64,000 nt of DNA from Vicugna vicugna (taxonomy: Eukaryota). Both the position numbers and the translations under genes were made by a program. Positions within the stretch are counted from its first letter, which is position 1. Each line of letters opens with the position of its first letter. The notes below the pieces were generated by a model. The model searched no databases. It was not told the DNA's origin and was given only the letters and a program-made list of their open reading frames with translations. Below, in pieces: positions 1 to 12,700 of this stretch. Location of the stretch: assembly GCA_013265495.1 (NCBI GenBank), contig MU058289.1, positions 2,417,451 through 2,481,450 of the forward strand, read 5' to 3'.

Positions 1-894
1 AGCTTCATTTTTCAGCAATGGGTGTAGAAGTTTGGGGGGAATACAAAACCCATATCGTGGCCCCCAAATAGCTGAAAACAAAACTATTTTTAATGCTAAA
101 TGAATATGCCTAGACGATCCACCTCCTGTAGCCGCCATCACTGTTTTCCACAATCCCCGTATCACTTCAAGTGATGAGACCTAAATATTCAGCCTCACTG
201 CATTGTAACTGTGTTAACAGTCTGCCTTTGATTTTTACCTGGGGATCAACTGTTGTGCTTTGTTTCAGGAGAGTGTTAAGTAGAATTTTTAACATTGTGA
301 GTATTGTGTTCATATTTTCTAAGGGATCAGATAATGGAAATGAGAACAATTACAAGATCAATGCCAGCATGACCCAGACATCACCAAAAAGGGAGACTAA
401 ACAACTGTGTTTAATGACAGGGGGACAGATGGGGGTGGTAAGTAACCAGAACATAATGCACAATATGCAGAAAGGGAGTTGGGGGTCAGGGATCACAAAT
501 CTGAGATGAGACAAGCAAGTTTTCTAAGTGAAACAAAAGGTTTTTTTCATCTCCCCAAAAGATAACTAATGTGAAAGAAAACGGTACGGGAGGACTCACA
601 CTCTGTATTGTAAAACTTCCTACGAAGCGACAGTTATCAAGGCAGTGTGGTACAGGCGTAAGGATAGACATGTAGATCAATAGAACAGAATTAAGAGTCC
701 AGAAATAAACCTAAACAACTCTTAGAAGAAAACAAAACATAGGGATAAATCTTTGTGACCCTGGGTTAGGCAATGGCTTCTTAGATCTGATGCCAAAAGC
801 ACAAGCAACAAAACAAAAACTAGATAAGCTGGACTCCATCAAAATGAAAAAACTTTTCTGCCTCAAAGGACATGCATCAAGAAAGTGAAGATAA

Positions 895-1025
895 GGGGAG
901 AGGGTATAGCTCAGTGGTAGAGTGCATGCCTAGCATGCGGGAGGTCCTGGGTTCAATTCCCAGTACCTCCATTAAATAAATAAACCTAATCATTCCCCCC
1001 GCATTAAAAAAACATTTTAAAAAAG
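895..1025 (+). mobile_element. tRNA-derived SINE (Vic-1-like)
   Basis: ggggagggtatagctcagtggtagag...gggttcaattcccagtacctcc head with A/B boxes, taaataaacctaat tail, target duplication gaaagtgaagataa. Confidence 0.88.
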
Positions 1026-3620
1026 AAAGTGAAAGTGAAGATAAATAAGTGGTCAATGAGCATATGAATAGATGTTCAACACCATTAGCCACCAGGAAAA
1101 TGCAAATCAAAACGCCAGTTCACAACCAATAGGATGACTACAATCAAAAAGATAATAAGAAGATGATGAGAATGTGGAGAAACTGGACTGCTGGTGGGAA
1201 AGTAAAAGGGTCTAGCACTTTGGAAAGCAATCTGGCAGTTACTCAAATGGGTTGAGTTACATGTGTTAAATATAGAATTAACAGTTCCATTCCTGGGTGT
1301 ATACCCAAAAGAATAAAAAAAACATTGTTCAAACAAAAACTTGTTCATGAATATTCATAGAAGTATTATTCATAATAGCCAAAAGGTGGAAATAATTTCA
1401 TATCCATCAACTGGTGAATGAATAAATAAAATATGGTATATTTATATAATGGAATATTATTCAGCAGTAAAAAGAAATGAAGTATTCACACACATTGAAA
1501 CATGAATAAACCTTGAAAACATTATTTGCAACATGAATAAACCTTGAAAACATTATACTATGTAAAATAAGCCAGTCACAAAGTACCACATATAGTATGA
1601 TTACATTTATAAGAAGTGTCCAGAATAATAGAAACAAAAAATAGATTAGCAGTCCTAGCTAATGCAAGGAAATACACATGAAAAGGGAAAAAAGGGTATA
1701 CAGATTGAGAAAGAAGAAATAAACCTTCTTTGTTCACAGACGACATGATGGTCTAGAAAACTTGAAGGAATCAACAACAACAAAAAAACTCTTGAATTAA
1801 TAAGTGATACAGAATGATTGCAGGATTCTAGGTTAATACAAAAGTCAATTGCTTTCCTATATACCAGAAACAAATGAGTGGAATTTTAAATTAAAAGCCC
1901 AATAGCATTTACATTTGCATCCCCATAAACAAAATACTTTGGTATAAATCTAACAAAATATGACAATATAGGAGGAAAATGCTGATAAATGAAATCAAAG
2001 AAGAAATAAATAAATAGAGAGATAGTCCATGTTCATGAATGGGGAGACTCAATATTGTCATGTCAGTTCTTCCCAACTTGATCTATAGATTCAGTGCAAT
2101 CCCAAACAAATCCCAGCAAGTTATTCTGTGAATATTGAGAGACTGATACCAAAGTTTATATGGAAAAGCAAAAGATCCAGAAAAGCCAACATAATGATGA
2201 AGGAGAGGAACAAAGTTGGGGAAATGACACCCCCCAACTTCAATACTTACTATAAAGCTATAGAAATCAAGATAGTGTGGTAATGAAATGTTCTAAAATT
2301 GATTATAGTGATAAATGCACAACTCTGAATATAATAAAAAACTATTGAATTGTACACCATAACTGTGTGAATTGTACAGTAAGTGAACAGTATCTCAGTG
2401 AAGCTGTATAAAAAAGATCAGCCATAAAAAAGAATGAAATCTTGCCATTGGTGACAACATGGATGGACCTTGAGGGCATTATGCTAAGACGGAGAAAGAC
2501 AAATGTATGATTTCACTTAAATGTGGAATCTAACAAACAAAACAAAAACAAATAAATGATGACAACAACAAAAACTCTGAGCTCATAGATACAAAGAACA
2601 GATAGATGTTGCCAGAGGCAGGACGTGGGGTGGACCAAATGGGTGAAAAGAGTCAAAGGTATAAATTTCCAGTTATAAATTAAATAAGTGGTGGGGATGT
2701 AATGTACAGCATGGTGACTATAATTAATAATACTGTACTGTATATTTGAAAGTTGCTAAGAGAATAGTTCTTAAAAGTTCCATCACAAGAAAAAATTATC
2801 TATGTATGGTAATTAGACTTACTGTGGTTATCATCTCATGATATATACAAATATCAAATCATTATGTTGTACACCTGAAATTAATAGTTGTGGCATGTCA
2901 ATTATACCTTAATAAAATAACTAAATAAATAAATAAATAAAAGACAGTTTGGCAGTTTCCTACAAAGCTAAACATAGTCTTACCATACAATCCAACAATC
3001 ACTCCTTAATTTTTACCTAAATGTCTTGAAAACTCATATCCACACAAAAAGCTGTACATAGATGTTTATGGCAGCTTTATTCATAATTACCCTCAAACTG
3101 AAGATAACCAAGATGGCCCTGAGATAGATACATCCCAATGTTCATACCAGCACTATTTACATTAGACAAGACATGCAAGCAACCTAAATGTCCATTGACA
3201 GATGACTGGATAAAGAGCTGTAGTATATTTATACAATGGAATACTACTCAGCCATAAAAAAGAATAAAATAATGCCATTTGCAGCAACATGAATGGACCT
3301 GGAGATTGTCATTCTAAGTGAAATAAGCCAGAAAGAGAAAGAAAAATACCATATGATATCACTTACATGTGGAATCTAAAAAACAAAAAAGACAAATGAA
3401 CTTATTTACAAAACAGAAACAGACTCACAGACATAGAAAACAAACTTATGGTTACCAGTGAGGGAAGGAGGTGGGAAGGGCTAAATTGGGAGATCAAGAT
3501 TTGCAGATACTAACTACTATATATAAAATAGATCAACAACAAGTTTCTTCTGTATAGCATAGGGAACTATATTCAGTATCTTGTAGTAACCTATAATGAA
3601 AAAGAATATGAAAACAAATA

Positions 3621-3643
3621 TGTGTGTGTGTGTGTGTGTGTGT
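3621..3643. repeat. (TG)n microsatellite in an L1 3' UTR
   Basis: About 11 TG units. Confidence 0.85.
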
Positions 3644-6600
3644 ATGACTAAACTATTATGCTGTACTGACTATAATTTTTTAAAAAATTGCAAACTCACT
3701 ATACTTTAATTTTTTTAAAGATGTCCTTGAATAAGAGAATAGATAAACTATGGTACATCCATGTAATAGAATATTATTCAGTAATTTAAAAAAAAAAAAG
3801 AAATGAGCTGTTAAGCCACACACACACATACACACAAAAGACATCGAGGAGCCTTAAAGACATATTTCTAAGTGAAAGAAGCCAGTCTGAAAAGGCTACA
3901 CACTGTATGATTCCAACTATATGACATTATGAGAAAGGCATATGAACTTAAGGATCAACTTCCCCTTACGGTGAAAAAGGCTGTTGGTATTTTGATAAGG
4001 ATTGTATTGAATCTGTAGGTTGTTCTGGGTAGCAATGACATCTTAGCAGTGTTATATCTTTCTGCTCATGAACTTGGGATATCTTTCCATGTTTATGGAT
4101 CAGAAAAATTAATATTGTTAAATTGTCCATACCACCCAAAGCCATCTATGGATTTAATGAAATCTCAGTGGCATTTTTCACAGAAATGGAAAAACAATCC
4201 TACAATTTGTGTGGAACCACAAAATACCTCAAATAGCCAAAGCAATCCTGAGAAAGAAGAACAAGACTGAGGGCATCACACGTCCTGATTTCAACCTAAA
4301 CTACAGAGCTATAGTAGTCAAAACAGTATGGTACTAGCAGAAATAAACCCTCACACATACAGCGAACTAATTTGACAAGGGAGCCAAGAATACTCAATGG
4401 GGAAAGATTAGTCTCTTCAGTAAGTGGCACTGGGAAAACTGGATAACCACACAAAGAAGAATGAAATTGGGCCCCTGTCTTGCACAACTCACAAAAAGTT
4501 AACTCAAATGGATTAAAGATTTAAACGTAAGACTTGAAACCATAAAGAGAAAATATTAATAAGTCATATATCTGATAAGAGTCAAATTTCCAAAATAAAG
4601 AATTCATATAATTCAATAGAAAAAAGATGAACTGAATCAACAATTTTTCCAAAGAAGACATACAAATGACCAACAGGTACATGAAAAGATGCTCAAAATC
4701 ACTATTCATTAAGGAAATGCAAATCAAAACCACAATGAGATATCACCTCACTCTGTTAGAGTGTCTGTTATCAAAAAGATGAAGTAAGTGTTGATGAGAA
4801 TGTGGAGAAAAGGGAACCCTTGTGAACTGTTGGTAGGAACATAAATTGGTACAGCCACTAAGGAAAACAAATTGGAGGTGCCTCAAAAAACTGCGAATAG
4901 AGCTATCATATGATCCAGGAATCCCACTTCTGGGTATATACCCAGAAGAAATAAAAACAGGATCTCAAAGAGATATCTACATCCGCATGTTCACTGCAGC
5001 ATTATTCACAATAAGCAAGGTATAGAAACAACCTAAGTGTCCATCAGCGGATGAATGGATAAAGCAGATGTAGGATATATATACAACGAAATATTATTCA
5101 GCCATAAAAAAGAAGGACACCTGCAGTTTATGGCAACATGGACGAAATCTTCAGGGCATTATGCTAAGTGAAATAAATCAGACAGAAAAAGACACATACT
5201 CTATGATTTCACTTATATGTGAAGTCTAAAAAAGCCAAACTCATGAAAACAGAGAGTGGTGGTTACCAGATGCTGAAGGGAGTGGGGGAAACGGGGAGAT
5301 ATTGGGTCAAAGCATGCAAACTTCCAGCTATAAGATTAACAAGTTCTGGGGGTCTAATGTATAGCATGGTGATTATAATTAATAATACTGCATAATATAC
5401 TTGAAAGTTGCTAAGAGAGTAGATCTTAAATGTTCTCACCACAAAAGAGAAATGCTAATTTTGTGATGTGGTAGAGGTGTTAGCTAAGGCTATGGTGGTA
5501 ATTATTTTGCAATGTATAAGTGTATCAAATTAACACTTTGTACACCTTAAACTTACACAATGTTACATGTCAACTATACCTCAATAAAGCTGGGGAAAAA
5601 AATAAATACAAAAAGTATCTGTTTAACCAATTTATTGTATTTATATTCTTTCTTTTAAAAAGCCTTACATTTATGTATCTTAAGAATATACAATAATATA
5701 GTCTATAAAATTTAAATAACCTATAAAGGCTTTTATTAAGTCAAAATAAATTGCTAAATCAAAGGACAGAAACATTATAAAATATTTTTATATTTTTCTT
5801 AGCCATATTTGCTTAATTATCCTAATATCCATGATTACTAATTACTGTTATTAACTAGTCCTATTGTTTTGTTTAAATAATAGCATTTATGTAACAGAAA
5901 AGTCAATAAGACATAATTTCAAATAAAAACTTATTTTTGATACTTTGTCTTGTATTTTTACTTTTTTCCAGCTTTGTTGAGATACCATTGGCATAACCAT
6001 TTTTTCATATTCTTATGTCAAAGTAATGGCACATTGGCATATAATTTTTATGATGTGTTACATTATTATTCTTGTTATTTTGTCCAGGGTGGTGGTGTCT
6101 CACATTGGCTCTCTGAAAAGTTGATCATGGCAGGCAGTCTTGCCCACATTTTCATATACCTTGAAACCCCCAGCCTGGAGAACGAGATGGCTCTAGCAAA
6201 GGTTGGGGGACAAAATGGGACCCCACTTCTCTGGTGCTCACACGTGGAGGACAGTCCTCTGGATTTCCTGGGCTAGCTGTTGTTGTGTGCCGTTGGCTCG
6301 GAAATCCCAGGCTGTAGTGAGTAAGTGAGGGAAGACCCACCTGGAACCTCAGAGTGGTAACTTGTCCGTGACCCGACCCCTTCCCCTCCAGGGGCCCCTG
6401 TTGGCTCCATCACTCACCAGTTTGGGCAGACCCTTGCTCCAACAAAGCTCAAACGACATAGGTGCAGACAAGGAAATACCTGGCAACTTCCCACATGAGC
6501 AAATGGCATGACCCACTTCCCACATTCCCAGGCAGCTCCCTGGATGGGGAAGGCCTGGCCGGCTGCGGCCTTCAGACGGAGCTGCCCGGGGGTTTTACTC

Positions 6601-6679
6601 GGCAGTACACTTCTGCTACCACCAATTCTCACAAACAGGACAGAGATTTTTAAGTCACTCAAAGGTTGTCCACTTTTAC

Positions 6680-6748
6680 CTTTGAAGCAGACAGGATCCA
6701 TTTCTTGTTGTTGCTAACGGCAACATCCATCACCCAGTCATTATGGCC
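6680..6748 (-). CDS. WDR88: WDR88 exon 9 (69 bp)
   Basis: ttcag|GGC CAT...TCA AAG|gtaaaa; GHNDWVMDVAVSNNKKWILSASK. Confidence 0.93.
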
Positions 6749-9700
6749 CTGAAGGAAAATAGAATTTTAACAGGGACCTAGAGAAAAAGCATTTGAAAGA
6801 ACCACAAAAACAAAACAAGAAAAACAAACAAAAAAGTCAGCAATTCAATGCTGCTTGCATTTAGGGGCAACTAATTGTGCTTCCCTGGTTTCACCGACAT
6901 TTAAGGTAGAGAACCAAGTGTAAAGGCGTGGCACGCACGTGTATATCGCAGCACCATACGTGTTTTTTTAAAAATAGTACCCTGGTGCTTAGCAGGATGG
7001 GGGAAAATGTTGATTACATTCCCATCTGGTCCCAGAGCACCTCTTGCAGGTTTTTGTTTGCATTCTTTGTTCTAGGAACTGTTCAGCAGTCCTGTTGGTA
7101 AGGGAGCTTTCTGGCTTCAAATAACTGCAAACCTACCCACTTGAGTAAATGGGAGGGGTGGCGACTTCCTCAGGTAAAAGGAGCTCAGAGGAGATAGACA
7201 ACCATTGCTGGTTCAGACACTAAGTGAGGTCAGAGCTCTGTGTCAGCATCTTTTTCATTCTTTGGCCTTTTCCTAATGGAAAGAGGTGGATGCTGAGGTG
7301 CGGTGGGAGGAAAGGGAGCAAGAGTGGGGCTGAACTGCTGTGCATAACAAAAGCACAGGAATCTGAAGGGGAGAGAGAGAGAAGAGAATGACCTGATGCG
7401 GGGACAAAGGGATTTTTAAAGATAGGATCTCAAGGAGAAATCCGCACCCCCATATTCACTGCAGTTTTCAGGGAGACTGAACATTCTCTTTTAAGTTGTT
7501 TATTTGCTAGGATGTGAACTCCTTCTGCCTCTCCAAACCCACAGAGAAGAGGCTCAGGCAGAACAACCCTGGGAGCCTGAATGTTGTCGTGACCAAGGGG
7601 ACACAGTCTACATTTGGCTCACAGAGAATGGAGAGACTCAGAGTCATGGAGGCAAGCCTTCACAGCCAAAGGCGGCCATGAGGTCCCAAGACTAAGGACT
7701 ATGCAGAAACCTTGGGGGGGGGGGCACCTGGAACAGAGGCACTGAAGCGGCCAGTCCTGGGACTGCCTAACCTCTGGATGCTTGGCTGTGTTAGAGGATC
7801 CAGCTCCTTGTCATGGAGCTGCTTTGAGCTGAGTTTCCTCTAACTTGCAGCCAAAAGCACTCAGTTGACGCCCACCATTTTGGAGCCCCACAGCTTTCTG
7901 TGCGCGCCTCCTGATGGCATTCACCCTTCTGCACAATGATTTCCCACCTCCAGTTTTTGCATTTGCTGCTCCAACTGCCTGGCATGACCTTCCCCAAGAT
8001 CCTCACTCATCCAGTCCTTCCTTGCCATCCAGTTCTCAGCTCGAATGCCACCTTCTCCAAGAGGCCCTCCCGGCACACCCATTGTGGATTAGACCCTGGA
8101 ATCTATTTCGAACACGTCACTCTGTTGTGGGTTCTCTGTGTCACTCATCACTGTTGAGGATTTGTTTGTTGGCTTCTTTTTTATTTAGGAGGGACAGGTT
8201 CGGGGGGAGGCAATTAGGTTTTATTTATTTACTTTTTTAATGGAAGTGCTGGGGAGTGAACCTAGGACCTCCTGCATGCTAAGCAGGCACTCTACCCACT
8301 GAGCTATATCTTCCCCACTGTTTGTGGTGTCTTGTCTGCCCTTCCCCACAAAGGTGTCAGCTCCACAGGGAACATTTAGGTCTGTCTCACCCACTTATAT
8401 CCCCAGCACCTGGCACCCAGCATGGAATGACCAAGGAATGAACTTCAGATCCTCTATCTGATGCTGGCATTGGTACCTTCAAGGAGAGCTTCCGGTAGCC
8501 TTCTCCTACATCCCAGATAGCCACAGTCCTGTCGAACCCTCCAGACACGAGAAAAGAGGCTGAAAAAAGAAAAGAGGGTCACCGTCTCCAGCCAACTGCT
8601 TCCTCCTCTGGTGAGACCAAGAAGGCTGAGGATGCTTTTGTGAGGTGCCACCATGGCTCACTCTGATGACACTCAAGCCCCATCCTGGTGTGACTCAACA
8701 ACCCCCAACCAATTACTCTAAATATGCATGGTAGTTATGTTCTATAAAGTCACCCCAAACATAGAATGAGTGATGATGGAGCCATGCCTCCTCGGGGAAA
8801 TACAGGGTCAGGTTCCCGTGAGCCTCTGGCCACATTTTCATCACCCTATTAATACCTGACTCTGTCTTCGGTCTGTTTCTGTTTAAAGACACCTTATTTG
8901 ATATAGAGTGCTCATTCACTAACATTGAATTCACGGCCATCAGCGCTGTAACTTAGGCCCAGATGATGCTTATCGAGCATGTGTTTGCCCCGTAAGGCAC
9001 ATCACAGCCTTCCTGGACTTACGAACACTGGACGGCACTGCAGCTCTACGCCTGGGGCCACTTTAAACAGCAAAGCCATCAGCAAAAAGCACAAAACGCA
9101 AAACACATGGGACTAAATAGATCACCAAAAGGACACCTTTTGATAAGGGAACTGAAACAAGAAGGCAGCGGCCCCCTCGCTCAGCCGCCGGCTGGGAGTG
9201 CAGGCCCTTGGACCACCTGTCACTGCCCGGCACATAGCCCTAGGTGGTGCAAAAGTGCTGTGAGCACTGGCTTCACGGTTCCAAATAAATTTTACTCAGG
9301 AAGTGAATTGACAAATACGGAATCTGCAAATAGTGAGGATTGACTTTACCCAACTCTGAAACCTATAAAGCTGAGGACAGAAGCTGGAGGGGCGCCCCCT
9401 GGTGGAGTCTGACTTACACAGCGGCTGCTTCGGAAGAGGGAAGCATTTCTCAAGCCAGGCCCTGACTATGCGTGTATCGGCTGCCTACCTCCTCCCCTAC
9501 ACCCCCTCACCCCCACCTCGGACACACAGAGCAAGCGCCACTCCGCACGAGCACTGGGAGGAGTATAACATTGGGCTTCTGGGTGTCAGGAGCAGTCACT
9601 GTCCTCACTGGAGCCAGCTGCCCCTGACAGCTTCCTGTCACTGCTCCTGGTCACATCCATGCCCCTTCATCTGGAAACAGCTCCCTGATCTCCCATGGGA

Positions 9701-12700
9701 AAACAGTTCTCCCATATTCTCAGTCCTTCTGTTTCAGAGGGTACAGGTTTCGATCTCTCATTCTAAGCATGGGCAAGTCATTCAGACCTGGCCCATCAGA
9801 ACCTTTCGTCCCCTGCTAAAGTGCCTGATTCAGAGACAGGCATGTGTCCCCAGCTGAGCCAATGCAAGTCTTCTCAGGAACTTGAGCTAGCACCACCAGA
9901 GAGAGGGTCTCTCTCTCTCTAGGATTGCCAGTGGTCAGAACCACTGTTAGCCTGGACCAGCAGAAGCCATCTTTGCCTCCTTGAGGAGAAAGGTCTGTAC
10001 AAGAGAGAAGCTGAGCTGAGGGACAGAGTAGAAGAGTTGGCTTCCTGAGAGCATGGTCCAAGTGTCCCAACCCAGCCCCTCCCAAAGGGAGACTGGCTCC
10101 TGGACTTGCCCATTATGGAAGTCAGTAAATTAATTTTGTTGCTTAAGCCACATCAGGCTGAGTTTCTGTCATCTGCAAACTTGCTCAAATGAATCTCCCT
10201 CTTGGCTTTTTTGTTGTTGTTGTTCTCATGGAAAATAAATCCACCCTCACTGCTGGCATCATTGGAAAGCCTCTCTGTACTAAGTCCATGTGAATGGACC
10301 ACGAGGAACTCTGCCCCGGGCCTCCCGTGGGTGTAGACTCCTTTGACGAGTTAGTTACTCACTGTCTCTGGCAAAGTGGCAGGAGCTCACGGAACCTTCA
10401 TGGCCCTGCATCAGAGTCACACAGGCTCCCCGGTTTCGAAACTCCCCGGTATGGACGTTCCATATTTTTAAGGTTTTATCCCAAGAGCTTGTACACAGGA
10501 AATGGCCGCTGAAGGTAAAACAGCAGTTTGAGATTGCATTGGTATGCGCCCTGAAACACACGTGGCAGGGTGTACACATTAGCACTTCCCTCCTGGAGGA
10601 TCTGAGGACACACTTAAAAGTAAGGTGAATGGAGGGAGCAGTGGACCTGATGGGCATTATTCCTTTGATCACTGCCTACCATGGTCTAAATATTCATTAC
10701 TCTGACTATGTCACACTATTCCAGGATTTCCCAATAACGGCAATATTGATCTTTTTTTGCCGGATAATTCTTTGCAGTCGGGGCTGTCCAATGCATTGTA
10801 GGAAATTTAGCAGCCCTCTTGGGCTCTACTCACTAGTTGCTAGTGGCCTCCACACCCAGTTGTGACAACCAAAAAATGTCCCCAGACATTGCCAAATGCC
10901 CACTAGGGGACAAAACTGCCCCTGGTTGAGAACCACTGCATATTCAGAGCTGCTTTGAGTCTTGGGGGAAAAGAGCAGCTGGAAGAATGGTTGGTGATGG
11001 GGAAGGGACTAACAGCCTGTCTGGCTGGGTGCTGCACTGCACTTACTAAGTGGGTCTCTCCTGCTCACACACCTCTCCTTGCCCTCCAACACATGGGGGC
11101 ATGGCTTCTTCTCCCTACCCGCCTCTCCCATCCTGCTGTCCCTCACTCTCCCAACTTCTCCTCACCCCAAATGCTCTCTCTCTCTCCTCAACTGTCTGCA
11201 GTGTCATTAGAGCACATTTTAGTATTGTGCACGTAATTCATAAACTTTGGGGTTATTCCTTCTCAATTTTTAAATGTCTTTTTTTTTAAAGAAAAAACAT
11301 TGTCAGAATTTTGCTGCTTTTTGTTTTGTTTGTGATCCTCAAAGTGTTTACCCTGTGATTCTCATCTCCTGTTAGAAGCAGAGTTTTCTAGCAAACCTAT
11401 AAACATCTCTGAATAGCCTGGATCATAAAATCAATTCATTCAACCTGAAGAAAAGGCTGAACAAATCTATTTTCTAGAGCTCAAGTCAGTTTTGGGTTCT
11501 TTTCTGGTTCTTTGAAATGCACAAACTGAGTGAGATCAAAGGAGAAGAAATGTCAACCTCCCAAGCGTGTCCAGGGTTAAAATGTCCAAACCCTAGTGCC
11601 TGGTTGGGTAAGACCCATCCCAGCATATACTGGAGGTGAATAACAAGCCCTCCCCAGAATCCAGAAGCTGTCACTGGGGGTTAGACCAGGGCCCCTCTGT
11701 TTGCCAGGATGGGGCTCTCATTTCAGATACATTCCACTTACCATAAGAGACCATTTTACTTAGTATATAAGTTTGGGAAAAGTGCTTGTGTTGCATTTGT
11801 GCTTCTGGAAAAGGTGGAGCCAATCAATGCCTTTATCCCTAATCCTCCTGCTAAGTACTGCTAACAACCCTGGGCATTCATAAAGCAAGCAGAAGACTAT
11901 GAAGGGTGAAGAAGAGAAGGCAGGCCAGCTAGGGATCTGGGACCCAGGATGGCATGCTGCTGAGTCTCTGCAGTTTTCTTTTTGCTTCTTATATTTTAGA
12001 TGGGTACTGGGAAAGTCTACAACCCACAAAATAATGGGGACTGGACAGAAGGCCCCCAAGAAAAGCCTTTTCTCTTAACCAAAGGGATACCCTAGTAAGA
12101 CAGAAAACCTTTAAATAATACCTGCCTTATTCTACCCAAAAATCTTAGGGAAAGCTGCAATCCCACCACTGTCAGCAAAGGCTGAGAGGGGAGCCTCGAA
12201 CACTTACCAGGCTCTAATGAGGTGGCCTGATAATACGAAGATTTAAATAAGACTTAGGGTCTCACAGTGTAATACTCAAAATGTCCAAGATGCAGCTGAA
12301 ATTCACTCATCATACTGAGAGCCAGGAAAATCTCAACAGGAATGAGAAAGAAAGTCAATAGATGCCAACACTGAGATGAGAAACTGATGCTAGAATTATC
12401 TGACAATGATTTTTAAGCAGCCACCATAAAAAAGCTTTGATGGACAATTATAATCATGCTTGAAATAATAAAAAAGATAGAAAGCCACAACAAAGAAATA
12501 GAAGATATAAAGAATGACCAAGTGGAAATTTTAGAGCTGAAAAACACAATAACCAAAAAAAAATCAATTTAGAAGATAAAGAATCAGTAAATATAAAGAC
12601 AGACAATATAAATTAACTAATCCAAAAAACAGACTGGAAAAAAACCAGAGCCTCAGGAACCTGCAAGACTATAACAAAATATCTAACATTTGGATCATCA

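Larger units (their letters stand above)
520..5600 (+). mobile_element. Cluster of nested LINE-1 fragments (ORF2 3' parts and several 3' UTR tails)
   Basis: Typical L1 strings (tactactcagccataaaaaagaat, aatgcaaatcaaaaccacaatgagatatcacctcac). A younger 3' end at about 3125-3715 is flanked by an aagatg(g/t)cc(c/t)tga target duplication. Several aataaa/A-tails. Confidence 0.9.

Noticed and set aside
150..510. ORFs 171-509 (+) and 167-349 (-) as WDR88 exon 10 or a retroviral RT relic
   Set aside because: No match to the expected DRTMRLWN-like continuation, and the AEYLG resemblance to RT is too short to support a call.
895..970. tRNA-like sequences (here and at about 13 other sites)
   Set aside because: They are SINE heads: each has the shared taaacctaat tail and A-rich end, often target duplications, and degenerate stems.
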